Below, piece after piece: positions 6,295 through 7,662 of a stretch of 7,662 bases of DNA (position 1 is the stretch's first letter; every line of letters begins with the position of its first letter). The stretch lies in the IMG/VR virus record IMGVR_UViG_2690316224_000006. One strand, written 5' to 3'. This stretch comes from a virus. Lineage: Duplodnaviria > Heunggongvirae > Uroviricota > Caudoviricetes. The position numbers and the translations under genes are program-made. Under the pieces are notes generated by a model. That model searched no databases. It was given only the letters and a program-made list of their open reading frames with translations, and was not told the DNA's origin.

Positions 6295-6696
6295 TTTGAC
6301 TGGTTCAAAAGAGTGACTGGTTCTGGGTGAATCTCCTGCACTACCCCCTGGTGCAACTCCTGCACTACCTGGTGAATTTGCTGCACCAGATAGTGAATTA
6401 TTTGCACTACCCCCTAGTGAATCTCCTGCACCATCCAGATGAAGGAGATAGATATTACTTGAGTTACCTTTTTCACCTTTCCGGGTGACTTTTTTTACCA
6501 GCCCGGACTCACAAAGGGCCGCAATATGATTCATCACAGAACGTTTGCTAATCTCGCACTGGTCAGCAATATGCTGGTAGCTGGGCCAGCACTCACCCTG
6601 ATCGCTGGCATTATCAGCCAGCTTGATCAGAACCAGTTTTCGCAATGGATTACCCACTCGAATTTTCATCGCTTTAACCATCAGCTCCATACTCAT
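6098..6696 (-). CDS. replication initiation protein, N-terminal part (HTH domain plus Gly/Ser/Ala-rich linker), O-like initiator
   Basis: ATG at 6696 is preceded by GGAGGTGCAGC (SD) and overlaps the upstream stop (ATGA). The N-terminus LRKLVLIKLADNASDQGECWPSYQHIADQCEISKRSVMNHIAALCESGLVKK is a typical phage replication-protein HTH of the HTH_36 type. The ORF-track stop at 6076 is an artifact of reading through the Ns. Confidence 0.65.
6285..6431. repeat. iteron-like short direct repeats inside the replication-initiator linker region (candidate origin)
   Basis: TGACTGGTTC occurs at 6285-6294, 6297-6306 and 6314-6323, and again at 6080-6089 in the duplicated copy. GTGAATCTCCTGCAC occurs at 6327-6341 and 6417-6431. 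The motif TGCACTACC(CCCT) recurs at about 6337, 6361 and 6403. A moderately AT-rich stretch follows at about 6440-6480. Confidence 0.35.
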
Positions 6697-6929
6697 GCTG
6701 CACCTCCGAGATGCTTCATGTTTTTTCCGGAGCGAAAGGCTATAAGCGGCATACTGACGCGGTAATTACGGCCAAGCGGTTCACAAATCACCTTCTGGCA
6801 TTCACGGTCAACCAGGCTAACACGTAGAACATGCCCTGCAGGTGTGGTGTACCACTGCCCAACTGTAGGAATTGATATTTTTTTACGCTGAAGTAAACGG
6901 TGAATATTGAGGATCAACGGATTAAGCAT
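6693..6929 (-). CDS. small phage protein, DUF4222-like (78 aa)
   Basis: ATG at 6929 is preceded by GGAGGGCATCGTC (SD) and overlaps the upstream gene by 8 nt. Its stop overlaps the replication gene start (ATGA). The pattern G..Y....G..L.V...(9)...V...(5)...G..Y..S.P...F resembles small prophage DUF4222 proteins as remembered. Confidence 0.5.
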   Translation of the reverse strand: MLNPLILNIHRLLQRKKISIPTVGQWYTTPAGHVLRVSLVDRECQKVICEPLGRNYRVSMPLIAFRSGKNMKHLGGAA

Positions 6930-7566
6930 GACGATGCCCTCCGCTGATATTCAGGAGACGGTGAATATGAAGATTAGCCTTATCCGCCAAACGAATACGT
7001 TCAGCCTGCAAGTTAAGAAGGGTTTCTACCAGAAGTTGATGCGCCTGCGGATCTGAAAGAGTTACCTTGCGCAGAGCACGTAGTGCTGTTGTTACATAAC
7101 TGAGTTTATGTAAGTCTTCATCATTCAGACGAGTGAGGGCTGGGACAGTAGCCATGATGGCAGCCTCCTTGATCGGTGAAATACTTCCACCACCGGAAAC
7201 GCCAATTTCGCTGGTGGTGAACTGAACGGGGTTGGCGTAACCGGTGATCAAGGAAACCGGCGCATCTTTCGATGCCCCCGCCCAGCCCACCATAACTTTG
7301 ATGTGAGCAAATGCGGACGATAAAAAAGACGCTGGCGCGTCATATATCGCCTTGATCAATTCCAGGACGCCAATCCCGGCACCCGCTTTATAAGGTGCCT
7401 GAACAGTGTAACGTCCCGGAATGGCAGAATCAATGTGCTGGTGGTCCTTCACACTCAACAAAATCACGCCTGAATTTCCACAAAGGACTAAAGCACTCAT
7501 GCGGGTAGTCTTTGCGAAGATAGATAACGCGCTGTGTTTCTGGCTCCCAACGAATAACATGAACAT
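6922..7566 (-). CDS. hypothetical phage early protein (214 aa from ATG at 7566; the ORF extends to GTG at 7623); possible Rossmann-like fold
   Basis: A long minus-strand ORF in the same operon. The ATG at 7566 is preceded by GAAGAGGACTTT (SD, about 5 nt spacing), while the GTG at 7623 has no SD. Gly-rich loops (KAGAGIGV, GVSGGGSIS) and a PVSLITGYA segment give a weak resemblance to DprA/SLOG-type nucleotide-binding folds. No confident family assignment. Confidence 0.5.
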   Translation of the reverse strand: MFMLFVGSQKHSALSIFAKTTRMSALVLCGNSGVILLSVKDHQHIDSAIPGRYTVQAPYKAGAGIGVLELIKAIYDAPASFLSSAFAHIKVMVGWAGASKDAPVSLITGYANPVQFTTSEIGVSGGGSISPIKEAAIMATVPALTRLNDEDLHKLSYVTTALRALRKVTLSDPQAHQLLVETLLNLQAERIRLADKANLHIHRLLNISGGHRHA

Positions 7567-7662
7567 AAAGTCCTCTTCCGTCACTAAACCAGCGGTTAAG
7601 TTCCTGCACAACTCGCCCCCCACAGTCAGGTAAAGTTCTCTGTGGTTACTTACAGCCAGGTG

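Noticed and set aside
5893-6316. Plus-strand ORFs 5893-6162 and 6098-6316 starting at the duplicated ATGGTTTCGGGG sequence
   Set aside because: They are antisense to the replication gene, duplicated only because of the assembly artifact, and one reads through the N gap.
6285-6431. Possibility that the short direct repeats are a CRISPR array
   Set aside because: The repeats are 10-15 bp, irregularly spaced and inside a coding linker. This is inconsistent with CRISPR repeat/spacer geometry.
6526-7633. Plus-strand ORFs 6526-6765 and 7421-7633
   Set aside because: They are antisense to the replication initiator and to the 233-aa gene respectively, with no domain or start signal.
1-7662. tRNA genes, which are common between Q and the lysis genes in lambdoid prophages
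   Set aside because: No cloverleaf-compatible segment or GTTCGAATCC-type T-arm was seen in the intergenic regions 322-521 or 948-1227.

Overview
This window looks like part of a lambdoid prophage from an enterobacterial host, probably E. coli or a close relative. It covers the end of the replication module, a nin-like region and the Q antiterminator / late-promoter junction. All supported genes are on the minus strand and read from high to low coordinates: unknown 214-233 aa protein, small DUF4222-like protein, HTH replication initiator (split by an 8-N assembly gap with duplicated flanks), PerC-like regulator, phage Dam-type N6-adenine methyltransferase, orphan LexA DNA-binding-domain protein, RusA resolvase, KilA-N protein, DUF968/HNH-like protein, antiterminator Q, a candidate pR'-like promoter and tR'-like terminator, an AT-rich lipoprotein moron, a second copy of the terminator motif, and a small unknown ORF. 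Most junctions are 4-8 nt start/stop overlaps, consistent with one translationally coupled operon. Plus-strand ORFs in the track are antisense to these genes and are not supported. No tRNA, rRNA, CRISPR array or IS element was seen. The most interesting items are the terminator-bracketed lipoprotein moron at the locus where Stx phages carry toxin genes, iteron-like repeats inside the replication gene coinciding with the assembly break, a Dam / LexA-domain / RusA coupled trio, and a high density of Chi octamers. Family assignments are from reading the translations and from memory of the families; none was checked by search.
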